From Spirochaetia bacterium (GTDB lineage Bacteria > Spirochaetota > Spirochaetia > UBA9216), in the NCBI GenBank assembly GCA_963677925.2, contig CAXXYH010000004.1:256001-320000 (forward strand): a stretch of 64,000 nt of DNA. The letters are read 5' to 3'. The notes under the pieces are model-generated. The model saw nothing but the letters and a program-made list of their open reading frames with translations. It was not told the DNA's origin and made no database searches. Below are positions 45,212-54,387 of this stretch, one piece after another; position 1 is the stretch's first letter; the number at the start of each line of letters is the position of its first letter. The translations under genes and the position numbers were made by a program.

Positions 45212-47248
45212 TTAATATTCTGACGCTTCCATCAGAGCCCTGGTTTTATATAGCAGGGTCAGAAACTCTGCACGGTATCCGTAAGGATCTTCGCCAAGGG
45301 ATTTCTTGACAGCATTGATTACATGCTCAATCGAAGCCTCCGGAGCATGTTCCGAATGCCTTAATATCATACCCCATTCGGCAACAGCCGAGGCAAACCT
45401 AAGATTTTCAGAAGGATTTTCAGCCATGCTGCTGCCGATCACTTTTTCGCTAAGAAGACTTTCTATTTCACCCGGATTTTTATACCTGAACTTAAGGTAT
45501 CCAAGCTCGCCGTTGCCTTCAGCTCCGTCTGCGGTTTTCAGAGTCTGATATCTCAACTCAGAGGTTTCCATGCCGGCAGCAGGCTTAATCTCATAAAGAG
45601 CTGTAACGCTGTGTCCGGCACCTATTTCACCGGCATCTTTTTTATCATCATCAAAATCCCGGGCATCCATAACCCTGTTTTCATAACCGATGAGCCTGTA
45701 TTCGCCGACATATGCCGGGTTGAACTCTATCTGAATCTTTACATCAGAAGCTATTGTGAACATGGTTCCGGAAAGACCTTCAACAAGAACCTTTCTGGCT
45801 TCATTCAGGGTATCAATATATGCATAGTTTCCATTGCCCTTGTCCGCAAGGCTTTCCATTCTGGAATCCTTATAGTTTCCCATACCGAAACCAAGAACCG
45901 TAAGATAGATGCCCTGATCCCGCTTGCTTTCAATAAGCCTTGTAAGTTCACCCTCTGATGATGCGCCGACATTGAAATCACCGTCGGTAGCAAGGATAAT
46001 CCGGTTATTGCCGTTTTTAAAAAGATTTTCGGTTGCCACACTGTAGGCAAGCTCAATTCCTTCGCCGCCGGCTGTAGATCCGCCCGCATCGAGGTTATCA
46101 ATTGCCTCAAAAATCGCATCCTTATCATTTCCTGAAACAGGCGGGAGGACAAGACCGGCAGACCCAGCATAAGCAACAATTGAAACACGATCTTCCGGAC
46201 GAAGCTGCTCTGTAAGCATGGCCATAGCCTGTTTGAGAAGAGGAAGCTTGTTTTCATCCTGCATGGAGCCGGAAGAATCTATCAGGAAAACTATATTAGA
46301 TTCGGGAATCTCTTCGAACTCCACGGTTTTTCCCTGAAGACCGACCATCAGCAGCAGACTTTCCTCATTCCAGGGACAGGCGGCCAGTTCGGTATTCAGA
46401 CTGAAGGGAGAGCTTCCCTCCGGCTGGGGATAGTCGTAGTCAAAGTAGTTTATAAGCTCCTCAATCCGGACTGAATCGGGATAAGGAAGACTTCCGTTAT
46501 TAAGAAACCGCCGCACATTTGAATATGATGCAGTATCAACATCTATCGAAAAAGTTGAGAGCGGCTGTTCTGCAGGGCTATAGAACGAATTCTCATAGAT
46601 TCTGCGGTATTCCTCGGTATTAAAATCCTCAGGTTCTGCTGCACCAATCATGCCTTCGTCAAAATAGTCGGCAGATATCTCTTCATCAGCCATAACCAGA
46701 CCCATAGGCGAATTCATCCGCTTCATCTCTGCTGCAGGCACTGGTGCTTCGGAAAGGTATACCGCTTCAGGAGCCGACAACTGTTTGGCCGGCTTATCAG
46801 CCGCTTCCTCTTTTCTCTGGGCGTTTTTGTTCTCTGTCCGGACAGCAGGCAGGGAATCCTCTGCAGCAGTATAATCACGCTCCTGTCCGGATAATCCTAC
46901 TTCGGCTGACTCGGCAGCCCCTGAGCCCCTGAAAACCCGGCTGAGTTCAGGCCTTACGGCAAAGGTTAGTACGAGAACAAGCGCTGCGGCAAGTCCTGCG
47001 GCACCGACAAAGGCTTTTCTGTGCATTATGAAAAATGAAACTTTCTTATGATCTTTTTTTTCCATTTTTGAGAGAAGCTCAGCCTTAAGCCTGGCCTTGA
47101 AATCGGCGTCAGGTTCAGCATCCGGTCTGCTTTTTATAAGTTCGTCTATCAGCTTTTTCAATTCAGCCTCCTCATTTCTGAGTGAAGGGTCTATACGGTA
47201 TAAATCTTCAAGAATCTCATTGATATTCATCATCAGCTCCTTATTCAA
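45212..47248 (-). CDS. YfbK-like vWA domain membrane protein with anti-sigma-like N-terminus
   Basis: One TM; STFSIDVDTASY..VRRFL, VRIEELINYF, MIDAS motif DSSGSM, LATDGDFNVG, IAxDVKIQIEFNP, YRLIGYENR, DAGEIGAGH.VTALYE. Confidence 0.9.
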   Translation of the reverse strand: MNKELMMNINEILEDLYRIDPSLRNEEAELKKLIDELIKSRPDAEPDADFKARLKAELLSKMEKKDHKKVSFFIMHRKAFVGAAGLAAALVLVLTFAVRPELSRVFRGSGAAESAEVGLSGQERDYTAAEDSLPAVRTENKNAQRKEEAADKPAKQLSAPEAVYLSEAPVPAAEMKRMNSPMGLVMADEEISADYFDEGMIGAAEPEDFNTEEYRRIYENSFYSPAEQPLSTFSIDVDTASYSNVRRFLNNGSLPYPDSVRIEELINYFDYDYPQPEGSSPFSLNTELAACPWNEESLLLMVGLQGKTVEFEEIPESNIVFLIDSSGSMQDENKLPLLKQAMAMLTEQLRPEDRVSIVAYAGSAGLVLPPVSGNDKDAIFEAIDNLDAGGSTAGGEGIELAYSVATENLFKNGNNRIILATDGDFNVGASSEGELTRLIESKRDQGIYLTVLGFGMGNYKDSRMESLADKGNGNYAYIDTLNEARKVLVEGLSGTMFTIASDVKIQIEFNPAYVGEYRLIGYENRVMDARDFDDDKKDAGEIGAGHSVTALYEIKPAAGMETSELRYQTLKTADGAEGNGELGYLKFRYKNPGEIESLLSEKVIGSSMAENPSENLRFASAVAEWGMILRHSEHAPEASIEHVINAVKKSLGEDPYGYRAEFLTLLYKTRALMEASEY

Positions 47249-47840
47249 TGAATGTTGTGAAACCGATGAACAACAGGTAAAGAGAAAGCGGTGCGGTATC
47301 TTTGAGGTGCTTTAGAGTTCTTCCGAAATTCATCTTGCAGGAAGCTTCGGACTTTCCTGTTACCGCAGCAATTTCAGTAAAGCTAAGGTCATCCCATATT
47401 CGAAGCATGATCAGCTCACGTTTGCCCGCAGGAAGTTCCATCAGTACAGGCTTCAGTTTTTCCCAGTAGATACGGTTATGTACATCAACTACATGATCTT
47501 CTTCAGAAGGAATTTCCCAGACATCGGCAGGGCTTTCCCTTCTTTCAGCAGATCTGAAGTGGTCGCTTACAGTATTGGCTGCAATCCTGTAAAGCCAGGT
47601 ACTGAAACTCCCCCTTCCGGGCTTAAAACTATCAAGACTGTCCAGAGCCTTCAGAAATGTTTTTGAGCACAGATCTTCGGCCGTTTCTCTGTGCATTGTC
47701 CGGTAGTAAATGTAGCGGTAAATTCTGTCAAAAAACAGTTCATACAGCCTGCCGAATGAATCTGTCGATCCGTCCTGAGCAGCCTTGACCAGTTTTTCCG
47801 TTTCTCTAACCATAACAATATTCCTTTTGTCGTTCATCAC
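47241..47840 (-). CDS. ECF RNA polymerase sigma factor
   Basis: FGRLYE, AEDL, FSTWLYRIAAN, LSFTEIA..GKSEASCK. Confidence 0.93.
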   Translation of the reverse strand: MMNDKRNIVMVRETEKLVKAAQDGSTDSFGRLYELFFDRIYRYIYYRTMHRETAEDLCSKTFLKALDSLDSFKPGRGSFSTWLYRIAANTVSDHFRSAERRESPADVWEIPSEEDHVVDVHNRIYWEKLKPVLMELPAGKRELIMLRIWDDLSFTEIAAVTGKSEASCKMNFGRTLKHLKDTAPLSLYLLFIGFTTFIE

Positions 47841-47847
47841 AGAATAC

Positions 47848-47873
47848 TACGGAGCTGTCTGAAAAAGGTAACA
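47848..47873 (-). promoter_or_regulatory. ECF-type promoter (TGTTAC-N16-CGTA) in front of the second ECF sigma gene
   Basis: Minus strand reads tgttac-ctttttcagacagctc-cgta-gtattct-GTG(47840). Confidence 0.5.
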
Positions 47874-48033
47874 GAAATATTTGAAAAAAAACTCGACCGT
47901 TTTTTCTATATAGACCATTTCCTATGTTGCTTTTTTTTCGTATATTGATATACAAGCTTATATTAAAACAAACCATTATTCTTCTTATTTGAAAGGATTT
48001 GTGTTAAATTAATTCTATACAGGAGTGTTATCT

Positions 48034-48975
48034 ATGAAAAAAATTATCATTGTCGGATCGGGACCTGCCGGTCATACTGCAGCAATATACAGCGCCCGGG
48101 CAGGAATGGACCCGCTTATGTACGAAGGCTGGATGGCCGGAGGTATAGCCCCGGGGGGACAGCTTACAACTACCGGAACAGTAGAAAACTTCCCCGGATT
48201 TCCGGACGGAGTAGGCGGAACAGAACTTATGATGATGATGCGTGCACAGGCTGTTAATACCGGTGTTGAGATTCTTACCGAAACAGTTGATTCTGTTGAC
48301 CTCTCAAAACGCCCCTTCAAAGTGGTCACATCTGAAGGAGAACAGGAGGCGGAAGTTCTCATAATATCAACAGGAGCAATTGCTAAACGGATGAGAGTTC
48401 CGCATGAAGATGATTTCTGGCAGAGAGGAATTTCAGCATGCGCCGTCTGTGACGGAGCCCTTCCGGTATTCAGAAATCAGCCCCTCGTTGTTGTAGGCGG
48501 CGGAGATTCGGCCATGGAAGAGGCCATGCATCTTTCCAAATTCGGAAGCAAGGTTTATATCGTTCACCGGAGAGACGAATTAAGAGCCAGCAAGGCAATG
48601 CAGGAGAGAGTTTTAGCCAACCCGAAGATCGAAGTACTATGGAGTACCACCCTGGTTGATGTTAAGGGTGATAATGCACTGACTCATGTGGTTCTTGAAG
48701 ATGTAAAAACCGGCGAACAGCGGGATCACGAGGCAAAGGGTCTTTTCTATGCAATAGGACACAAGCCCAACACTGATTTTCTTGCAGGACAGCTTGAACT
48801 TGATTCGGAAGGGTATATAATAACAAAAACCGGAACAACAGAAACATCGGTAGAAGGCGTTTTTGCCGCCGGTGATGTTCAGGATAAAAAGTACAGACAG
48901 GCTATTACATCTGCCGGGTCCGGCTGCATGGCCGCGCTTGAAGCAGAAAAATATATATCAGCTAACCCTCTTTAA
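48034..48975 (+). CDS. trxB: Thioredoxin-disulfide reductase
   Basis: [52 protein letters not shown]. Start placed at ATG 48034 after AGGAG. Confidence 0.96.
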   Translation: MKKIIIVGSGPAGHTAAIYSARAGMDPLMYEGWMAGGIAPGGQLTTTGTVENFPGFPDGVGGTELMMMMRAQAVNTGVEILTETVDSVDLSKRPFKVVTSEGEQEAEVLIISTGAIAKRMRVPHEDDFWQRGISACAVCDGALPVFRNQPLVVVGGGDSAMEEAMHLSKFGSKVYIVHRRDELRASKAMQERVLANPKIEVLWSTTLVDVKGDNALTHVVLEDVKTGEQRDHEAKGLFYAIGHKPNTDFLAGQLELDSEGYIITKTGTTETSVEGVFAAGDVQDKKYRQAITSAGSGCMAALEAEKYISANPL

Positions 48976-48993
48976 AAGAAGGCGATAGAAATT

Positions 48994-50925
48994 ATGGGCA
49001 AGAGGCCTCCGGAAAGATACAATCCGGGAGAACTTGACAAAACCAGAGCAAATCTCGGATCTCTTTCCAAGGAAGAAGCGGCCAGAATGGCCGCCCTTCT
49101 GGGCGGAGAGGTCGGCGTTGAAAAAACTTCAGATAAAATGAAGGAAAAATACGACGATCTTAAAAAACGCACCGAAAAAAAGAGACAGGTCAGCTATAAA
49201 CCGGCCTCCCAGTTTAAGGCGCCTAAAGTTCATACAGGCGGCTATAAATCGGTTTCCGCCCGCAAACGGAAGATAAGCTATATAGACCGTATCAGAATGG
49301 ATCTGCTGGCAGCCCGTCCCGAACACCGTATTAAAACCAGGGGTTCAATTATCCATGCCTATCTCAGGTTCATTTCCGGAGGTAAGGACATAATAAACCC
49401 CAACTTCCTGATACACGGAGACAGGTACTTCTTCAGCCATATCCAGACCCTTCAGGCCTCAACAGCAAAACTGCTGGCCTTTGTTGAACCGGCTACCCTG
49501 AATATCTACGTGAACCCGTTTTACCGAAATATCCTTAAAAGCCTTGTCAGGTGGGATCTTGAATATCTCAACAATGAAATGGGCAGCCTTCAACGCTCTC
49601 CTCGGAACAAGAATATTATTGAATGTTCCGAACTCTGCCGTCTCATCTACAAACCTATAATCAGACTGAGCAGAATAAATATCGATCACATCTTCGCGGC
49701 TCTGGATAGACTGAACAGCCTTATCCTTATCCTTACTAAATTTACCCCTGATGAATATAAGAACCTTGAACCATATTACCTGAACGCCCGTGACAAGATT
49801 CCGGTTGTATTCAAGGATGTGGCCTACACCTGCTACCCTCTTCTGCTTAAACTCTCAGGATCACAGTTTCATTTTTACAAGGATTTTCTTAAAAAGGACC
49901 GGCGGCATATCACAGGATTTCTGGCCCTTGCAAAAGAAGACCTTATTTCACCTCCGATGGATCTGAATGCGGAGCTCAAAAAACAGAAACCGCTGGGACA
50001 GCTTGAAGAAATCCTTAAAAAGCAGGAAGAAGAGCGGCTGATGAAAAACAGCATTCAGGATATGGAGAGGGATGAATCTGAAATCGTACCCGGCATAGAA
50101 CTGCTTGAAAAACTTTTTCCTGAAGCAGGCTGGAAACAGTACAGGGAGTTTCCTGATCTTTACCAGTATTTTCAGCCTCTTTATGACTTCCCCAAGGGTG
50201 TGGAACTTATTCCGCCTGATGACCCGCTGCATCAGATAATAACCCTGGCTGACACAGTGCAGGAGCTTCTATACGGCTTCAGAAATGTGAATATACTTTC
50301 CTCGCTGGGAGCCGATATCGATGAAATAACCGATAAGTGGCATCTGTTTATCGACGAAATGATTCAGAAAAGCTACTGCAAAATGCTTCTTGAATACGCA
50401 AGGGCTGTTGAAAAAGGAGCCGCCCAGAACTCGGACAGCTTCGGTATGAGGCTTCTTACCGACCTGCTCTGGTACAGAAGAAGGTTCATCCTTCCTAAGC
50501 AGAAATTCAAGACTCTGTACAAATCACAGGTCATTACAATGAAGGCGCCTAAATTCTACCTGTCAGTCAGAAAACTCTACAGCCTTCTTGATACCCTGCT
50601 CAAAGATTTTGACGAGAGTCATGATAAATCAATGGTTATAGAAAACTTCGCCGGACCCTTCAAGTTCGAGATAAAAAATATTACTGCAATCAGGCTTAAA
50701 CAATACCTGAACAGAGAAAAGGTTGCTGCAACCAACGAAAACCTCCTGAGATACACCCTGATGATCCTCTCTGTCCTTGATTTTCTCATCAACAGCGAAA
50801 AAAGTATTACCTATCAGGACTTTGCCGAAGACCTTGTGCTGTTCCGTCATGATCCCGTTTACCAGAACAAACCCTTATATTCTGTTAATCTCCTGGACAC
50901 CCACGAGATTCTGAAAAAATACTGA
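48994..50925 (+). CDS. Conserved hypothetical protein (spirochaete-type)
   Basis: 643-aa ORF; the N-terminal PGELDKTRANLG...EEAARM..LGGEVGVE pattern is one I recall from spirochaete hypotheticals. No catalytic motif seen. Confidence 0.75.
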   Translation: MGKRPPERYNPGELDKTRANLGSLSKEEAARMAALLGGEVGVEKTSDKMKEKYDDLKKRTEKKRQVSYKPASQFKAPKVHTGGYKSVSARKRKISYIDRIRMDLLAARPEHRIKTRGSIIHAYLRFISGGKDIINPNFLIHGDRYFFSHIQTLQASTAKLLAFVEPATLNIYVNPFYRNILKSLVRWDLEYLNNEMGSLQRSPRNKNIIECSELCRLIYKPIIRLSRINIDHIFAALDRLNSLILILTKFTPDEYKNLEPYYLNARDKIPVVFKDVAYTCYPLLLKLSGSQFHFYKDFLKKDRRHITGFLALAKEDLISPPMDLNAELKKQKPLGQLEEILKKQEEERLMKNSIQDMERDESEIVPGIELLEKLFPEAGWKQYREFPDLYQYFQPLYDFPKGVELIPPDDPLHQIITLADTVQELLYGFRNVNILSSLGADIDEITDKWHLFIDEMIQKSYCKMLLEYARAVEKGAAQNSDSFGMRLLTDLLWYRRRFILPKQKFKTLYKSQVITMKAPKFYLSVRKLYSLLDTLLKDFDESHDKSMVIENFAGPFKFEIKNITAIRLKQYLNREKVAATNENLLRYTLMILSVLDFLINSEKSITYQDFAEDLVLFRHDPVYQNKPLYSVNLLDTHEILKKY

Positions 50926-51061
50926 ACACCAAATCACACTTCCCCTGCACTTAATACACATAGTCCTATAGCATCTTTGCTTTTCTGTTGTTAATATTTA
51001 TGTTAATATTTTTTAATATTTCGAAAAATATACAGGCTGTGATAAGCCGGGGAGAATTAGC

Positions 51062-51925
51062 TTGAAAGAATATCTTGATCTTGTTAAGTACGTTATGGAA
51101 AACGGACAGCTGAAAAAGAACCGGACAGGGGTAGACACCCTGAGCTGTTTTTCATATTTCTACCGCCTGGATCTACAGAAAGGCTATCCTCTGCTTACTA
51201 CAAAGAAGGTATTCTTCAACTCAATGCTCCATGAACTTATCTGGTACCTCTCAGGAGAGGAACATATCAAAAACCTCAGAACCCATACCAAGATTTGGGA
51301 TTCCTGGGCCGATGAGGAAGGAAGGCTGCAGACAGCATACGGCAGGTTCTGGAGAAGATACCCTGTACCGGAAAACGGTCTGCCCGGGGAAAACTGGGGT
51401 AAAAAATGGGTTCATCGTGACGAGCAGTCCGGCGGACTGGTCTTCGATCAGATCAGCTACATCATCGATACTCTTAAAGAACTTAAAACCAATCCTGAAT
51501 CACCCAACCTGAGGCGGATGATTGTAGTCGCCTGGCATCCCGGAAACGCCGCGGAGAGCCTGCTGCCGCCCTGTCACTATACATTCTGCTTTAATGTTAC
51601 TGACGGAAAACTCAACTGCCACCTTACCCAGCGCTCAGCCGATATAGCACTGGGTGTGCCCTTTAATATCGCCTGCTACAGCCTTCTAACCTTCATGCTG
51701 GCAAAAGAAACAGGCTTCGAAGTGGGTGAATTTGCCCACACAATGATAGATGCTCATATCTATGTCGATCAGATCGAAGGGCTTAAGGAACAGCTGACAA
51801 GAACTCCGAAAGAACTGCCCCGATTGAATATAGCAGATAAACCGATGCTGGAACTTACAGTTGATGATATCAAAGTTGAAGGTTACGATCCTTATCCTGT
51901 TATAAAGTTTCCGGTGGCTGTATGA
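51062..51925 (+). CDS. thyA: Thymidylate synthase
   Basis: NRTG, PLLTTKKV, ELIW, IWD.W, LPPCH, QRSAD..LGVPFNI, DAHIY. TTG start after GGAG. Confidence 0.97.
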   Translation: MKEYLDLVKYVMENGQLKKNRTGVDTLSCFSYFYRLDLQKGYPLLTTKKVFFNSMLHELIWYLSGEEHIKNLRTHTKIWDSWADEEGRLQTAYGRFWRRYPVPENGLPGENWGKKWVHRDEQSGGLVFDQISYIIDTLKELKTNPESPNLRRMIVVAWHPGNAAESLLPPCHYTFCFNVTDGKLNCHLTQRSADIALGVPFNIACYSLLTFMLAKETGFEVGEFAHTMIDAHIYVDQIEGLKEQLTRTPKELPRLNIADKPMLELTVDDIKVEGYDPYPVIKFPVAV

Positions 51926-53187
51926 ATACTCTGGTGCTGCTGATCATAATTCATTCAGTTGTTACTGCAGCATTAATTGTTTTACTGGTTATTTTTTATT
52001 TGAAATCAAGAATGCTCAAAAACCTCAGCTCGATGGTCAACCATGATCTGCGCTCACCGCTGAATGCAATTCTCGGATTCAGCAATCTCCTTATGCAGAC
52101 AGAAAAAGACGAGGAGAAGATTAAATTTCTCACGGCAATAAATTCCGGAGGGAAAACTCTGCTTTCAACCCTGGAGGATGTTGAACACCGATTGAAGAAA
52201 AAATACAGCCCGATGGTTTTCAGCGGTATCAGAGAAATTCCTGAAAGAAGAATATTTTCAGGCAGTCTCGAATTTGACAACTCAAAAGAGCCACAGATAA
52301 TGATTGTAGATGACGTTTCCGAGAATATTGACTTTCTTGAAAACATCCTGCAGAAATCCGGGTTCAGAACTATTTCGGCATCCAGCGGCGAGCAGGCTAT
52401 TGAACTGCTGAAAGAGCACACCCCAGATCTGATACTCCTTGATATTGTAATGCCCGGCCTTTCAGGGTTTGAAACCTGTGCCAAGATTCAAAGCAACCGG
52501 GACTTCATAGATATACCGGTAATCTTTTTAAGCGCAAAAAAGGACGAGAAAACAATAATTGAAAGTTTCATCTACGGCGGAATCGACTATGTAGTCAAAC
52601 CCTTCAACAGCCCCGAGCTGCTTGCAAGAGTAAACACACATCTTCAGCTTAAATCAGCCAAGGAAAAACTCAATATACTCGCTTTTTCAGACAGCCTGAC
52701 AGGGCTCTATAACCGCAGAAAAATAATTGAAACCCTTGATCATGAAATGGCCCGCTCAAAACGCTATGGAGAGAACATGTCTTTTATCATGATCGATATT
52801 GACCTCTTCAAAAAAGTAAATGATACTTACGGCCATAATATCGGCGACAAAGCCCTCATACGCTTCGCGGAAATTGTAAGAAGCAGTCTTAGAGAAACCG
52901 ACTTTGCAGGACGGCTGGGAGGTGAGGAATTCGGAATAATCCTTCCTCAGACAAACAGGGATCAGGCGATGATCGTAGCAGAACGAATCAGGAGCAGAAT
53001 TGAAAAAGAAGCTGCAAACAAGGCTAAAGGAATCCCGCCGTTTACCGCAAGTTTCGGTGTTGCCGAATATGAAAAGAAAAACATCAGCTCCGATCTGCTG
53101 ACACAGAAGGCGGATAAAGCCTTATACAGGGCTAAAGAACTGGGCAGGAACAGGGTTGAATGCTTTATACAGGAGACAGCAGAGTGA
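51922..53187 (+). CDS. TM-HisKA-REC-GGDEF diguanylate cyclase (no HATPase domain)
   Basis: NHDLRSPLNAILGFS; REC (IVDD, LLDIVMP, KPF); DSLTGLYNRR, DIDLFK.VND.YGH.GD, RETD I-site, RLGGEEF. Confidence 0.9.
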   Translation: MNTLVLLIIIHSVVTAALIVLLVIFYLKSRMLKNLSSMVNHDLRSPLNAILGFSNLLMQTEKDEEKIKFLTAINSGGKTLLSTLEDVEHRLKKKYSPMVFSGIREIPERRIFSGSLEFDNSKEPQIMIVDDVSENIDFLENILQKSGFRTISASSGEQAIELLKEHTPDLILLDIVMPGLSGFETCAKIQSNRDFIDIPVIFLSAKKDEKTIIESFIYGGIDYVVKPFNSPELLARVNTHLQLKSAKEKLNILAFSDSLTGLYNRRKIIETLDHEMARSKRYGENMSFIMIDIDLFKKVNDTYGHNIGDKALIRFAEIVRSSLRETDFAGRLGGEEFGIILPQTNRDQAMIVAERIRSRIEKEAANKAKGIPPFTASFGVAEYEKKNISSDLLTQKADKALYRAKELGRNRVECFIQETAE

Positions 53188-53696
53188 AAAAATACAGCCT
53201 GATATGCGCAGTGGCGGAAAACATGGTCATTGGAAAAGACAACAAAATTCCCTGGCATATCTCTGAAGATCTGAAACACTTTAAAAGGCTTACTACCGGA
53301 AATATTGTTGTAATGGGAAGAAAAACCTTCGAATCAATCGGAAAGCCTCTCCCGGGAAGAATATCAATCGTTATATCTTCTTCATATAAAGAACCGCAGA
53401 ACTACACATCCGATACTCAGCTTTATAAATGCGGTTCGCTTGAAGAGGCTCTTAATACTGCATCAGAAATTGTAGAAAAATCGGCCGAAAAAGATTCTGC
53501 TGATAAGGAAATTTTTGTCGCCGGAGGCGCGAGCATCTATAAACAGGCAATCGAAGGTGCCGAAAAACTTTATATCTCGAGAATTCCGGGAACTTTTGAG
53601 GGCGACACATTTTTTCCGGAGATTCAGGATCATATCTGGAACCTTACTTCTGAAACAGATTATGAAAAGTTCAGGTTTCAGATATATTCAAGGTAA
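53184..53696 (+). CDS. folA: Dihydrofolate reductase
   Basis: VIGKDNKIPW...DLKHFK..T.G..VVMGRKTFESIGKPLPGR, GGASIY, GDTFFP. GTG start at 53184 after AGGAG. Confidence 0.96.
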   Translation: MKKYSLICAVAENMVIGKDNKIPWHISEDLKHFKRLTTGNIVVMGRKTFESIGKPLPGRISIVISSSYKEPQNYTSDTQLYKCGSLEEALNTASEIVEKSAEKDSADKEIFVAGGASIYKQAIEGAEKLYISRIPGTFEGDTFFPEIQDHIWNLTSETDYEKFRFQIYSR

Positions 53697-53708
53697 TTCG
53701 GCAGTACT

Positions 53709-54302
53709 TTAAATTATCTCAATTTCAGCAGTTCCGTTTGTTAAATCAATACAACGGGATTCAAACTCTGAGGCCTTATCCTCCGGAACATTTCCCGTTA
53801 TCCTGATATCAGTTCCGAAATTCTCTTCGAGGTCGGCAGTTTCAAGTTCTTCAAGCAGACTCTTTATAAGATTGAAAAACTGATAATCAGCCTTCAGTTC
53901 AAATCTGCTGTAATGAATAAGCTCAGCGGTCTTAAGTTTGTCCAGAACCCCGGAAGCAGCCTCTGAATAAGCCCTTACAAGTCCGCCTGTCCCGAGCTTT
54001 GTTCCGCCGAAGTAACGGACAACCGTGATAATAATATTGGTGATACCCCTGCCTTTTAGAATTTCAAGAACAGGCTTTCCTGATGTCCCGGAAGGCTCAC
54101 CGTCATCACTCATCCCCATAAACTGCCTCTGGTCGCCGCAGATAAATGCATGTACAACATGAGCAGCATCGGGATGTTCCGCCTTCTTTGCTTTCAGTAC
54201 AGCTCTTGCTTCCTCAGGATCCGTTACAGGTGTGATCTCGGAAATGAATCGGGATTTTTTAATAATTATCTCATGAATTCCTGAGCCGGCCGGTACGAGC
54301 AT
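53709..54302 (-). CDS. yigZ: YigZ/IMPACT family protein
   Basis: IKKSRFI, HP.A.H, SDDGEPSGT, VVRYFGGTKLGTGGLVRAY. Start placed at ATG 54302. Confidence 0.92.
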   Translation of the reverse strand: MLVPAGSGIHEIIIKKSRFISEITPVTDPEEARAVLKAKKAEHPDAAHVVHAFICGDQRQFMGMSDDGEPSGTSGKPVLEILKGRGITNIIITVVRYFGGTKLGTGGLVRAYSEAASGVLDKLKTAELIHYSRFELKADYQFFNLIKSLLEELETADLEENFGTDIRITGNVPEDKASEFESRCIDLTNGTAEIEII

Positions 54303-54387
54303 AGGCCATACTAACCTGATTACACTTAAACTGAAAAGAGCGGGCACCTTGCCTCACTATTATTTTTCAGATATTGTAAAACCGCAG

